Assembly: GCA_964530725.1 (NCBI GenBank)
Contig: CAZGYV010000003.1
Location: 9,744 to 73,743, forward strand
Reading direction: 5' to 3'
DNA: 64,000 nt
Source of the DNA: an uncultured Candidatus Saccharibacteria bacterium
GTDB taxonomy: Bacteria > Patescibacteriota > Saccharimonadia > CAILAD01 > CAZGYV01
Shown: in pieces, positions 56,262 to 64,000 of the stretch
Layout of the letters: every line of letters begins with the position of its first letter
Numbering within the stretch: position 1 is the first letter of the stretch
Translations under genes and position numbers: made by a program
Notes under the pieces: model-generated
What the model saw: the letters and a program-made list of their open reading frames with translations, nothing else
The model's database searches: none
Told to the model about the DNA's origin: nothing

Positions 56262-57173
56262 CTAGACCTCGCTTTTCATTTCAGTAAGTTTTTTGATTCG
56301 ATCCTCGACCGGCGGATGGGTGCTAAAAAGCCCGGCAAAGCGCTTGCGCTTATCCTCGACGTTATCACGCAGCGGGTTGATGATGTAGAGATTCTCAGTC
56401 GCTTTATTGGCCGCCTCCAGCGGCTCAGTGTCAGCTGAAATCTTCTTCAAAGCCCGAGCCAATCCCTCCGGATAGCGGGTCAAAAGCGCGCCCGAAGCAT
56501 CGGCCAAATATTCGCGCTTGCGCGAGATCGACATCTGGATAATCAGCCCGATGATCGGCGCTACGATAGCCAAAAGTAGTGCGATAATCAGAAAGATCGC
56601 CTGGCCGTTGCCACCGCCGCCATTGTCATCATCGCCACCGCCCAAGAAAAAGCCCCAGCGCAAAAATAGGTCCGATAATAGGGCGATGATCGAGACCAAC
56701 ACCGTCACCAGGCTCATCAGGCGAATGTCGTAGTTGCCGATGTGCGAGAGCTCATGGGCGATGACGCCTTCTAGCTCCGGCTTGTCGAGCTTGTCCAGTA
56801 AGCCTGTTGTAATGGCTACAACGGCATGCTGGGGGTCGCGCCCGGTGGCAAAAGCGTTGGGCGCTGAATCATTGATAACGTAAACTCTTGGCGTCGGCAA
56901 CCCGGCCGCAATAGCCAGATTTTCGACCGTGCGATAAAGCTGCGGCGCGTCGCGTTTTTTAACTTCGCGAGCTTTTGAAACGGCCAGGATCATTTTGTCG
57001 GAATTATAATAACTCACCCAGGTGTAGAGCAGCGACAAACCAACAGCAACGTAGAGAATGAACTGATTGTCGAGTGCCTGCGAGAAAACAAAGCCCAAGA
57101 GCGTTACGATGATGATGAAAACGCCGATCAGAAGCCAGCTGTTGCGTTTGTTTTTGGCGATATTGGAATACAT
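56262..57173 (-). CDS. htpX: M48 zinc metalloprotease HtpX
   Basis: PNAFATGR, AHELSH, SRKREYLAD, FSTHPP. Confidence 0.95.
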   Translation of the reverse strand: MYSNIAKNKRNSWLLIGVFIIIVTLLGFVFSQALDNQFILYVAVGLSLLYTWVSYYNSDKMILAVSKAREVKKRDAPQLYRTVENLAIAAGLPTPRVYVINDSAPNAFATGRDPQHAVVAITTGLLDKLDKPELEGVIAHELSHIGNYDIRLMSLVTVLVSIIALLSDLFLRWGFFLGGGDDDNGGGGNGQAIFLIIALLLAIVAPIIGLIIQMSISRKREYLADASGALLTRYPEGLARALKKISADTEPLEAANKATENLYIINPLRDNVEDKRKRFAGLFSTHPPVEDRIKKLTEMKSEV

Positions 57174-57199
57174 ACTTATATTATATCATCTTTAAAGGG

Positions 57200-57685
57200 T
57201 TATTTTTGGCCGCTCAATCTGGAAATTTCGTGATATTCATCAGCCGAATAGACGCACGGGCCGCTTTCATGCCAGAGCCAGAATCTCGCCACGCCCACAT
57301 CTAGTGCCATTTTGGAGCAGATTGTGCAATACGGCTCGCCGGCAAACTCAATCTCGCCCGCGCGGGTCACGCTAGCGAAAAATAGGTCCGCCCCTTCTAA
57401 CTTGTCGCGTGCGCTAGCTAGCGCGTCTTGGATAGCCCGAACTTCAGCGTGAACGCAACAGGTTTTGTCGGTTGGATACTTGACAGTTTTATCAAGTATT
57501 TGAGTGCACCGGCGATATTCTAGATTATTCTGCGGCGGCGCGTTGTAGCCCTGCCCGATAACCGCACCGTCTTTTATGATCACCGCGCCGCAAAGACGGC
57601 GCAGACACAGAGACTGCCTGGCTTGAGTGGCCGCCAACTGGAAATATTTTGCTTTTTGCTGATCAGTAAACTTATTTTGTACCAT
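57200..57685 (-). CDS. Cytidine/dCMP deaminase-family protein
   Basis: GAVI...GYN, HAE, PYCTIC. Confidence 0.85.
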   Translation of the reverse strand: MVQNKFTDQQKAKYFQLAATQARQSLCLRRLCGAVIIKDGAVIGQGYNAPPQNNLEYRRCTQILDKTVKYPTDKTCCVHAEVRAIQDALASARDKLEGADLFFASVTRAGEIEFAGEPYCTICSKMALDVGVARFWLWHESGPCVYSADEYHEISRLSGQK

Positions 57686-57718
57686 GGCTATATTTTAATA
57701 AATTACCACCGCACCCAC

Positions 57719-57746
57719 AAAAAACCCACGTTTTTCGTGGGTTTTT
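57719..57746 (-). terminator. Terminator after lemA
   Basis: AAAAACCCACG...CGTGGGTTTTT inverted repeat. Confidence 0.8.
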
Positions 57747-57766
57747 CATTTTTAGACTAATTATTA

Positions 57767-58333
57767 TTAAAACTTAACGTCAACTGGCTTTTCAGCAGCA
57801 GCTTTTTCGTCAGCTGCCACATCGAAGAAGGCGTACTCTTTAAAACCTAGCATGCCAGCAATCAAGCTAGTCGGAAACACTTTGATTTTAATATTAAGAT
57901 CCCGTACATTGCCATTGTAAAACCGGCGCGAAGCTTGAATTTTGTCCTCGGTATCTACCAGCTCTTGCTGCAATTGCAAGTAATTCTCATTGGCCTTGAG
58001 ATCTGGGTAGTTTTCACTAACTGCGAAAAGGCTTTTCAGCGCCCCGGTCAGCATATTATCCGCTTCAGCCTGCTTCGACAAATCACCTTTTGGCGCGCCC
58101 ATTGCCGCCGTTCGAGCCTTGGTGACTTCTTCGAGTACACCTTTTTCATGTTTGGCATAGCCCTTGACGGTCTCGACGATATTAGGGATTAGATCCAAGC
58201 GTCTTTTCATCTGCACCGTTATGTCACTGAGCGCCTCATCAGCTCGCAATTTTGATTTGATTAAACCATTGTAGGTCGCCCACAGCCAAACAATGACAAG
58301 CGCGACTACTCCTAATAATATCCACATCAACAT
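57767..58333 (-). CDS. lemA: LemA family protein
   Basis: YN.L...RR.DLIPN.VETVKGYA.HE, ENYPDLKA, RRFYN, FP. Confidence 0.95.
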   Translation of the reverse strand: MLMWILLGVVALVIVWLWATYNGLIKSKLRADEALSDITVQMKRRLDLIPNIVETVKGYAKHEKGVLEEVTKARTAAMGAPKGDLSKQAEADNMLTGALKSLFAVSENYPDLKANENYLQLQQELVDTEDKIQASRRFYNGNVRDLNIKIKVFPTSLIAGMLGFKEYAFFDVAADEKAAAEKPVDVKF

Positions 58334-58585
58334 CTTTTGGTAACCTCTAAAAATTTATATGGAAACATTATAGTCCCAATACAAGCGGCGTACAATGATT
58401 TTTCATACCTAGTACACTTCCAGCGCTATTAGCTGTATGGGCTTTTGTTGTGCCGAAGGAAAATTCCTCCTCTGGCGCATTTGGATAATTAATGCAGTAA
58501 CAGATGTAGATGACACGCAGTCAAATAATAGCAAGTGTGACTGCTCATAATAATATCCATTAAGACCACGATACCTTCTCCTTTG

Positions 58586-58690
58586 AAAGTGCTAGCTGGA
58601 GGCGAGCTTTGATTTGAAAGGAAGAGATGTCGTAGAGTGTGAACAAATAGCTACTGCTATTTTGAAAGCTCGGAGGCATTTCTGACGCCG
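58586..58690 (+). repeat. tRNA-trailer structured element, copy A (after tRNA-Leu UAA)
   Basis: AAAGTG.TAGC...GCGAGCTTTGATTTG-AAAGGAAG, stem AGAGATGTC/GGCATTTCT with GTA/GGA loop, CGCCG then tRNA end. Confidence 0.65.
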
Positions 58691-58776
58691 TGGTGCCCGG
58701 GGCGAGACTCGAACTCGCAAGCCATAAAGGCAAGGGATTTTAAGTCCCTCGTGTATACCAATTCCACCACCCGGGC
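58691..58776 (-). tRNA. tRNA-Leu (UAA)
   Basis: GCCCGGG acceptor, AGGGA-CT-TAA-AA-TCCCT, long variable arm, GTTCGAGT, CCA. Confidence 0.96.
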
Positions 58777-58859
58777 TCGCTTAAGACTTGTTCCGGACGC
58801 AAAGGTTTTCATAATTTTTATTTCAAATTGCTTTCCCTGCAGCTAACCAGATCTAAACT

Positions 58860-58986
58860 CAAATCAAAGTGATATCAGCTAACTAGTCTCAAAATGACAA
58901 AGCCTTTGTCATTTTGTTAAGGAGGCTTTATGCGCAAGCTGTAATTGTGGCATTAGACACAATGAAAGCTGTAGCATAAAACGACG
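58860..58986 (+). repeat. tRNA-trailer structured element, copy B (after tRNA-Cys)
   Basis: CAAATCAAAGTG...AAGGAGGC-TTTATGC-GCA-AGCT-GTA-ATTGTG-loop-CACAAT-GAA-AGCT-GTA-GCATAAA-ACGACG; perfect 13-bp-arm palindrome at 58890-58916. Confidence 0.75.
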
Positions 58987-59060
58987 TGGAGGCACCTAGC
59001 GGAATCGAACCGCTGTACAGGGTTTTGCAGACCCTTGCCTAACCACTCGGCCAAGGTGCC
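58987..59060 (-). tRNA. tRNA-Cys (GCA)
   Basis: GGCACCT acceptor, AGGGT-CT-GCA-AA-ACCCT, GGTTCGATT, U73, CCA. Confidence 0.96.
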
Positions 59061-59228
59061 AAATACGCTTGTAAAAACTTGCTAATTATATAAGATTATG
59101 TCTTGATTGTAAAAGGTCTGGCATTTGAAGGTAATTTTTGCTATCATAGCGAAGTTACCTTGATACAATTATATACGACAAACGCATTGATCGGTATCAA
59201 CTAGCACTTGACATTCGTCGGATCACAG

Positions 59229-59336
59229 TATGGCACCTTAGCTCAGTGGTGTTTCGCGGCAGCGAACCTTAAAATCGTCGCTCTACCAGAACGGTAAAGC
59301 AATGACAGCCAGAGTAAAAATGATTATCATGAGAGT
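59229..59336 (+). repeat. Duplicated tRNA-Phe 5' end followed by structured insert
   Basis: TATGGCACCTTAGCTCAGT at 59229-59247 and again at 59337-59355. Confidence 0.75.
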
Positions 59337-59339
59337 TAT

Positions 59340-59415
59340 GGCACCTTAGCTCAGTTGGTAGAGCGACGGCCTGAAGAGCCGTGCGTCGCTGGTTCGATTC
59401 CAGCAGGTGCCACCA
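59340..59415 (+). tRNA. tRNA-Phe (GAA)
   Basis: 76-nt cloverleaf, ACGGC-CT-GAA-GA-GCCGT, GGTTCGATT, CCA. Confidence 0.96.
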
Positions 59416-59523
59416 CGTCGTTTTGGGCTTCGACTTCCGCTTCGAGTAAATACTCAAAGCTACAGTCTGCACCCAAAGCCTCCTTTTCAAATCAAAGCTC
59501 GCTGCCGCTAACACTTTGATTTG
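59416..59523 (-). repeat. tRNA-trailer structured element, copy C (after tRNA-Phe)
   Basis: On minus: CAAATCAAAGTG...CTTTGATTTG-AAAAGGAGGC-TTTGGGT-GCA-GACT-GTA-GCTTTGAGT..ACTCGAAGC-GGA-AGTC-GAA-GCCCAAA-ACGACG. Confidence 0.75.
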
Positions 59524-59693
59524 GGGGTTTTTAGGCCTTTGATATTAACATAATAGAATAGATAAGTGACGGAACTTAAAATCATAAAATTTTGTAATTT
59601 ATATCATCAATGCATAAAATTATAGATATAAATTATGAAAAATTTGTGATTTTATAGAGGAGAGGTTTGGCTCAAATTTGAGGTCTCAAGTCG

Positions 59694-61292
59694 TTAAGAC
59701 TTTAGACGAAAAATGAAGCCATTCTCGACGAGCGGGTGTAGCTCAGCTGATAGAGCGCTTCCTTGCCAAGGAAGAGGCCCCGGGTTTGAGTCCCGGTACC
59801 CGCACCAAATATTTGAATTATGAGCCGCAAGGCTCTTTTTCTTTGTTTCAACGACTGTTCTAAAGGGGTCGTTTAGTATATAAGACAACTTCTTATCCTT
59901 TAGTTCAATGTTTGAAAGTACGTATTCCAGCAACTTCTGTCTTAGCCCCTCATCGCTCTCGTTGAATAGCTGTTCAGCCCGTTGTGCCAAGTCTAACAGA
60001 TAGGATGCGGTAACTTGAAAGTCTTTGTTGTCGCTTGTTAGCAACTTTAGGCGGTCATTCAGCTCCTGCTGTTTCTTTTCTAGCTCAGTTGCAATTTCAT
60101 CGTGGAATGTCTGTGTAATACGACCCTCAAGTAAGTCATAGTAAACCTTACGCATCTTTTCTTTGAGTTTGTCGTACTCAGCACGGGTTTGCTCAATGTT
60201 TTGCGTGAAGTACAGCTGCTGGTCATTATGACGGTTACGCAGCTCGGTGATGACTTTATCTAACCACTTCTCAGGCACGTCTATAAATCCTATATCTTCC
60301 GTAACCTTATCAATTACAAGGCTAACGGCTGTATTCGGATTATCGCACTTTGCGTTGGCACATCGCAAATACACGGTGTTACGAGCCTTGAACGGCGATA
60401 CTGCACGTCCGCATTTGCCGCACTTTACTATCTTTTTCAGGGTAAAGTCTTTGCTGTCGTACTTTGTCATCTCGTGCTTACGTTCATCACGGACACACTG
60501 AACCTGATTGTACAAGCCACGACTGATGAGTGGCGGGTACTTGTGCGGGTAGCGTCTGCCAGCGTGAACCATAAAACCGCAATAAAACTCGTTGCTTAAT
60601 ATTCTTTCAATAAACTGTTTGCTTGGTGCTTTACTGCCAGCAATGTTGCTACGAAAGCCCATCTCACGCAGTTCCTTAGCAATGACGGCGTATGATATGC
60701 CTCTTGCTCGCATTTCGTAGGCTTTCATTATGTAGTGAGCCTTAGTGTCATCAACTTCAATATCTTTGATTGGTTTCTGTGGCGTACCGCCTTTTAGTAC
60801 GTTCTTGTAACCGACAGGTGCTCTATGTACCCATATACCCTCACTCAGCATTTGCTCAAAGCGGCGTTTGACGTTATCTCGGATGCTGTCTGAGTAGTAT
60901 TTAGCCAATGCCATACCGATACCGAGCCTGAACCAATCGGCTGCTGACGAGTTTTGGTCAATGTACAGGCTATCGTGCGGGAAGTGCAGCTCAATTTTGC
61001 CGAGCTTTACCAGCTGCTGTAATGCTTTTACTTCCTCTTGGCTGCTATCACGAGTAAAGCGGTCAATTTTATCAAAGACCACGTAGCACAAAGTTGGCTG
61101 CTTTTGGATGTGTTCAACGAGCTTAGCGAACTTCTGTCGTTCTTCTTTATGAGCACTCTCGTCAAACTCGTGGTACTCGTAGGGTAGTTTCTTTTGTTCG
61201 GCGTATCTTTCAAGCCGTAACTTTTGAGCTGGCAACGCTTTTCGTTGCTCAATATCTGATACTCGTGCGATTAGGATTATCTTTGCGTCCAT
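59694..61292 (-). CDS. Large serine recombinase (integrase); C-terminus reads antisense through tRNA-Gly
   Basis: ARVS catalytic motif, DKIDRFTR, recombinase domain (APVGYKN, IL.N.FY.G, PPLIS), C-x2-C...C-x4-C ribbon, coiled coil; tail WCGYRDSNPGPLPWQG is the tRNA antisense translation. Confidence 0.92.
   Translation of the reverse strand: MDAKIILIARVSDIEQRKALPAQKLRLERYAEQKKLPYEYHEFDESAHKEERQKFAKLVEHIQKQPTLCYVVFDKIDRFTRDSSQEEVKALQQLVKLGKIELHFPHDSLYIDQNSSAADWFRLGIGMALAKYYSDSIRDNVKRRFEQMLSEGIWVHRAPVGYKNVLKGGTPQKPIKDIEVDDTKAHYIMKAYEMRARGISYAVIAKELREMGFRSNIAGSKAPSKQFIERILSNEFYCGFMVHAGRRYPHKYPPLISRGLYNQVQCVRDERKHEMTKYDSKDFTLKKIVKCGKCGRAVSPFKARNTVYLRCANAKCDNPNTAVSLVIDKVTEDIGFIDVPEKWLDKVITELRNRHNDQQLYFTQNIEQTRAEYDKLKEKMRKVYYDLLEGRITQTFHDEIATELEKKQQELNDRLKLLTSDNKDFQVTASYLLDLAQRAEQLFNESDEGLRQKLLEYVLSNIELKDKKLSYILNDPFRTVVETKKKSLAAHNSNIWCGYRDSNPGPLPWQGSALSAELHPLVENGFIFRLKS
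59732..59807 (+). tRNA. tRNA-Gly (GCC), probable integration site
   Basis: 76-nt cloverleaf, CTTCC-TT-GCC-AA-GGAAG; A19, U56, A73; CCA. Confidence 0.92.
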
Positions 61293-61318
61293 AATACTTA
61301 CTCCTTACTAACTTAACA

Positions 61319-62449
61319 TTACTTACCAGTATTTTCAATGTTTGATAGAAACTCTGACATTTTTGTTGGGGTAAATCGTTGCAGTGCCTCGTCTATATGT
61401 ACAAAGGCTGTGTAACGATGTGCTTGCGGTGCGTTTAACAGTGGTTTTATGCGATACCACGCCTGCTTGCCATAACGAGCCTCAAGCGTGTTTCGCAAGC
61501 CGACAACACCTGCTTGGCTGGCGATGAGCATACCTGCTACTGCCGCAAGTGCGGCTTGTGGTGTAACTTCATCGTTTGCCTCAAGGTAGTTTTGTAAAAG
61601 CTCAAATGGCTGTTTTACGTCCAGTGCCAACATATCTACATTGGCAGTCAGCTTTTTCCAGTGCTTGAGTAGTGTGTTTTGGCACAACTTCATTTTGAAC
61701 AGGCTTTCAAACGTCCACTGTTCCAAGTAGGGGTAGGCTCGCTTGATAGAGGCTCTACCGACAAAACGTACTTCGTATCTGAATACTTCCATTGGTCGGT
61801 ACTCAGATAGACCCTCAAGCAAATTGAGCTGAACCGAGCTGTCTTTTTCAAAAGCCCGTTTGTTGCTTTTCTTAGCTTTTAGCAGGTCAGCCATTTTGTC
61901 GTAAAAGGCTATATCAAGTGAATTGGCGTGAATGTGTACGACGTGTCCATCGCGAAAATCGGTCTTTTGAAAATCGTACGTTTTGCTTACGTCTAGCTTG
62001 CCCATTGTATTCAGGATTGTTTGGCACGATGTGTAGTCAAGAAACACGATGTTCTTAGACGGATGCCAAGCCGCAATATCGGCGGTAGCTAGTTGTGGCT
62101 TAAAGAAACGATGACCGAGTAGTTCGTGTAACGAACTTTGTAGTGCCGTGAGCAAAGCATCAAAGTCATTTTCTGTTAGCTCATCAAAGTTGTTGCCGAA
62201 CAGCATCTTTGGTGCTGAAAACTCAACTGCCAGTTCGTACGTTACCGCACCAAACTTTCGCACTCGCTTGTACATCGTCAGTCGTGGCATATACTTGCCC
62301 ATCTTGGCATATGTCGGCGAGGGGTTGAGAAACGTCTTGCCATAGCCTCTGCTGTTCACGAGTTGCTCAAGCGTTATAGGCGTAAACCTGCTGCCATCAA
62401 AGACCAGCGGATTATGTACGGGTATGAGTAGTTTTACTGTGTCTACCAT
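61319..62449 (-). CDS. Putative rolling-circle replication initiator (Rep_trans / phage gene II-X-like)
   Basis: Start set at MVDTVKL (62449); VEFS.PK...GNN, FYDK, RYEVR motifs. Confidence 0.6.
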   Translation of the reverse strand: MVDTVKLLIPVHNPLVFDGSRFTPITLEQLVNSRGYGKTFLNPSPTYAKMGKYMPRLTMYKRVRKFGAVTYELAVEFSAPKMLFGNNFDELTENDFDALLTALQSSLHELLGHRFFKPQLATADIAAWHPSKNIVFLDYTSCQTILNTMGKLDVSKTYDFQKTDFRDGHVVHIHANSLDIAFYDKMADLLKAKKSNKRAFEKDSSVQLNLLEGLSEYRPMEVFRYEVRFVGRASIKRAYPYLEQWTFESLFKMKLCQNTLLKHWKKLTANVDMLALDVKQPFELLQNYLEANDEVTPQAALAAVAGMLIASQAGVVGLRNTLEARYGKQAWYRIKPLLNAPQAHRYTAFVHIDEALQRFTPTKMSEFLSNIENTGK

Positions 62450-62723
62450 ATCGTTCATCACTTCTTTCAAATAACTCAACGCACTTAGCAATAACTGCTT
62501 GCTCAATCACTTTGCCAGCCTCTTTGGTTACTGGATAAAAGTAGTTGAGCTGGCGTGAGCCAACTTTCTTAGTTGGGTAGGTTATGCGATAGCCTGTACC
62601 GTCTAGTCGCTGATGTACGCCAAGTGAACCAATGAACAACTGCCCATCAATTAGGCAGCTGGCAAAAGCTACAAGCCCGTTAGTCGGTTTGACTGGCGTG
62701 ATACTTACTTCACTAATGGTCAT
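62412..62723 (-). CDS. SpoVG-like nucleic-acid binding protein
   Basis: M.ISEV.I......GL.AFAS..ID.......I.YP.K.......YP pattern. Confidence 0.75.
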   Translation of the reverse strand: MTISEVSITPVKPTNGLVAFASCLIDGQLFIGSLGVHQRLDGTGYRITYPTKKVGSRQLNYFYPVTKEAGKVIEQAVIAKCVELFERSDERYGRHSKTTHTRT

Positions 62724-62785
62724 TTTTCTTTCGCTCCATCGCTATTTCCTTATTGCTTGCCCAAGACCAAGCCGAAAGAAGTAGG

Positions 62786-63028
62786 CTAATCAGTTTGTTG
62801 AGTGTTATTCGTAGTACCTTGTAGAAAATCATCACTTTCATTCCTTTGTTCATTACGTTGTTTTTGTGCAAAGTCCATCTGAATTAGCACGTCAAAGAAA
62901 CCAGTGAGGTTGTGAATAGCCTCATCACTCAACTCGGCAGCCACGCCTTTATTTGCGGCATTATCCTGTGGTTCTGCTGGCAGGGGTTTTTGTTGGTGGT
63001 TATTCTGCTGTCCTTGCATAGTAACCAT
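62786..63028 (-). CDS. Hypothetical protein of the integrated element
   Basis: 80-aa ORF with EAIHNLTGFFDVLIQMD helix. Confidence 0.65.
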   Translation of the reverse strand: MVTMQGQQNNHQQKPLPAEPQDNAANKGVAAELSDEAIHNLTGFFDVLIQMDFAQKQRNEQRNESDDFLQGTTNNTQQTD

Positions 63029-63078
63029 TAAGAAGAAAGGCTTATTTAAGCCATTTAAATCTGTGGAAAAGACGACTT

Positions 63079-64000
63079 TTACAGATTGATATAATCTGGG
63101 TTTACATAAACCTCAATGCCCTCAAGTATGAAGAAGTTGGGCATTGTGTTGTTGGTGTCTCGGAGTACCTTATTGTTGAGTTGGTGTATATAACTGCGTA
63201 TTTTGCTAATCCAGTCCTGCTCGTCATTAGCAATACGCTCGCCGAAAGCCTCAAATATCACATCCTCAATATCCCAGCGTTTTGTAATATTCTCTGGGGT
63301 GCTGAGCAAGACACGTGCAAACTGTGTTTGCTTTGAGCTGACCGTTACGGCAACTTTAAACGGACCAATCTGTATTGATGAGCTTGTGCGTTGGAAGTGA
63401 ACTGCTGTCGGTGCTATAAGCAAGTTGCCCTGCTGATTATCTTTGGCTAGCAATTGTTGCCTAAGCTCACGCACTTCTTGTTTAAGGTCATTGAACGCCA
63501 TAAGCAAGTTGGCACTGTCTGAGAAAGTGACATTGCCGACACTGCTGGTTTGGGTTGCGGTGGCAGTTGCGGTAAGGTCATCTTTATCCGTAGAAACGTC
63601 GTTTAAGATAACATTCACTGTTTCGGAGCGGCTAAATTCAATGCTTGCTGTTAGTGAGCCAACATCAAATCGCAGGTTACGTAGTATACGTTCGTGTGCT
63701 GTATGAAAATCGGCAAACATTGTCCGTGCTATAAGGGGGGCTTGAAAAGCATCTTGGATACTTTTGATTGAGGCGATGATGTGTTCGTTAGGAAAAGTGA
63801 CCAGTGATTTTTGAATGGCGGCAAGTGCCGCAAATTGATTTTGAGTAAATACGCTGCTCTTATAAATTGCCTCTACTGCGGGTGCTATCGTTTCCTGGAT
63901 ACTGAACGCCTTGTCCAAAGCTGGCTGCAAAGCAAGTGAAGTTTTCTGCATATCGGCAACGATTTTTAACATTGGCGAAGTGTCTATTGCTTGCAAGGAT
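63079..64000 (-). CDS. Hypothetical protein, possible C-terminal winged-helix; probably 5'-truncated by window end
   Basis: 305+ aa; no in-frame stop between the TTG at 63996 and the window edge; C-terminal IRSYIHQLNNK...FF......VYVNP. Confidence 0.65.
   Translation of the reverse strand, partial: SLQAIDTSPMLKIVADMQKTSLALQPALDKAFSIQETIAPAVEAIYKSSVFTQNQFAALAAIQKSLVTFPNEHIIASIKSIQDAFQAPLIARTMFADFHTAHERILRNLRFDVGSLTASIEFSRSETVNVILNDVSTDKDDLTATATATQTSSVGNVTFSDSANLLMAFNDLKQEVRELRQQLLAKDNQQGNLLIAPTAVHFQRTSSSIQIGPFKVAVTVSSKQTQFARVLLSTPENITKRWDIEDVIFEAFGERIANDEQDWISKIRSYIHQLNNKVLRDTNNTMPNFFILEGIEVYVNPDYINL

Larger units (their letters stand above)
59808..64000 (-). mobile_element. Integrated element at tRNA-Gly (one end only; continues past window)
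   Basis: Integrase next to tRNA 3' end, Rep-like and SpoVG-like genes, no housekeeping genes; second att copy not in window. Confidence 0.8.

Noticed and set aside
58380-58570. Possible remnant of a nuclease gene next to the tRNA trailer element
   Set aside because: The reading frame I translated closes quickly with no recognisable motif; only a GCAGTCA/TGACTGC hairpin is evident

Overview
Bacterial chromosomal window, mostly on the minus strand. Gene content and sequence style point to Patescibacteria (CPR), most like Saccharibacteria; this is an inference. It holds the 5' half of the S10 ribosomal protein cluster and a fragmented rpoBC-rpsLG-fusA-tuf-rpsJ region interrupted by accessory genes. 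Housekeeping genes follow (clpP, tig, rsmD, recG, tyrS, PBP1A, radA, clpC, nusA, rnhB, rplS, dnaE, gatCAB, ligA, htpX, lemA), with five tRNA genes. The window ends in one end of an integrated element at tRNA-Gly carrying a large serine recombinase, a Rep_trans-like protein and a SpoVG-like protein. The most unusual signals: (1) an orphan, highly structured ~340-nt RNA candidate with its own promoter and terminator between gatC and ligA; (2) three copies of a covarying stem-loop with GNA/GNA internal loops abutting the CCA ends of tRNA-Leu, -Cys and -Phe, plus duplicated tRNA ends; (3) an EF-G with rewritten guanine-specificity motifs (NKxD to NKIN); (4) an integrase ORF that reads through its tRNA target, which has an A19:U56 elbow. 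All structures were paired by hand and all family calls are from motif recognition; no searches were run.
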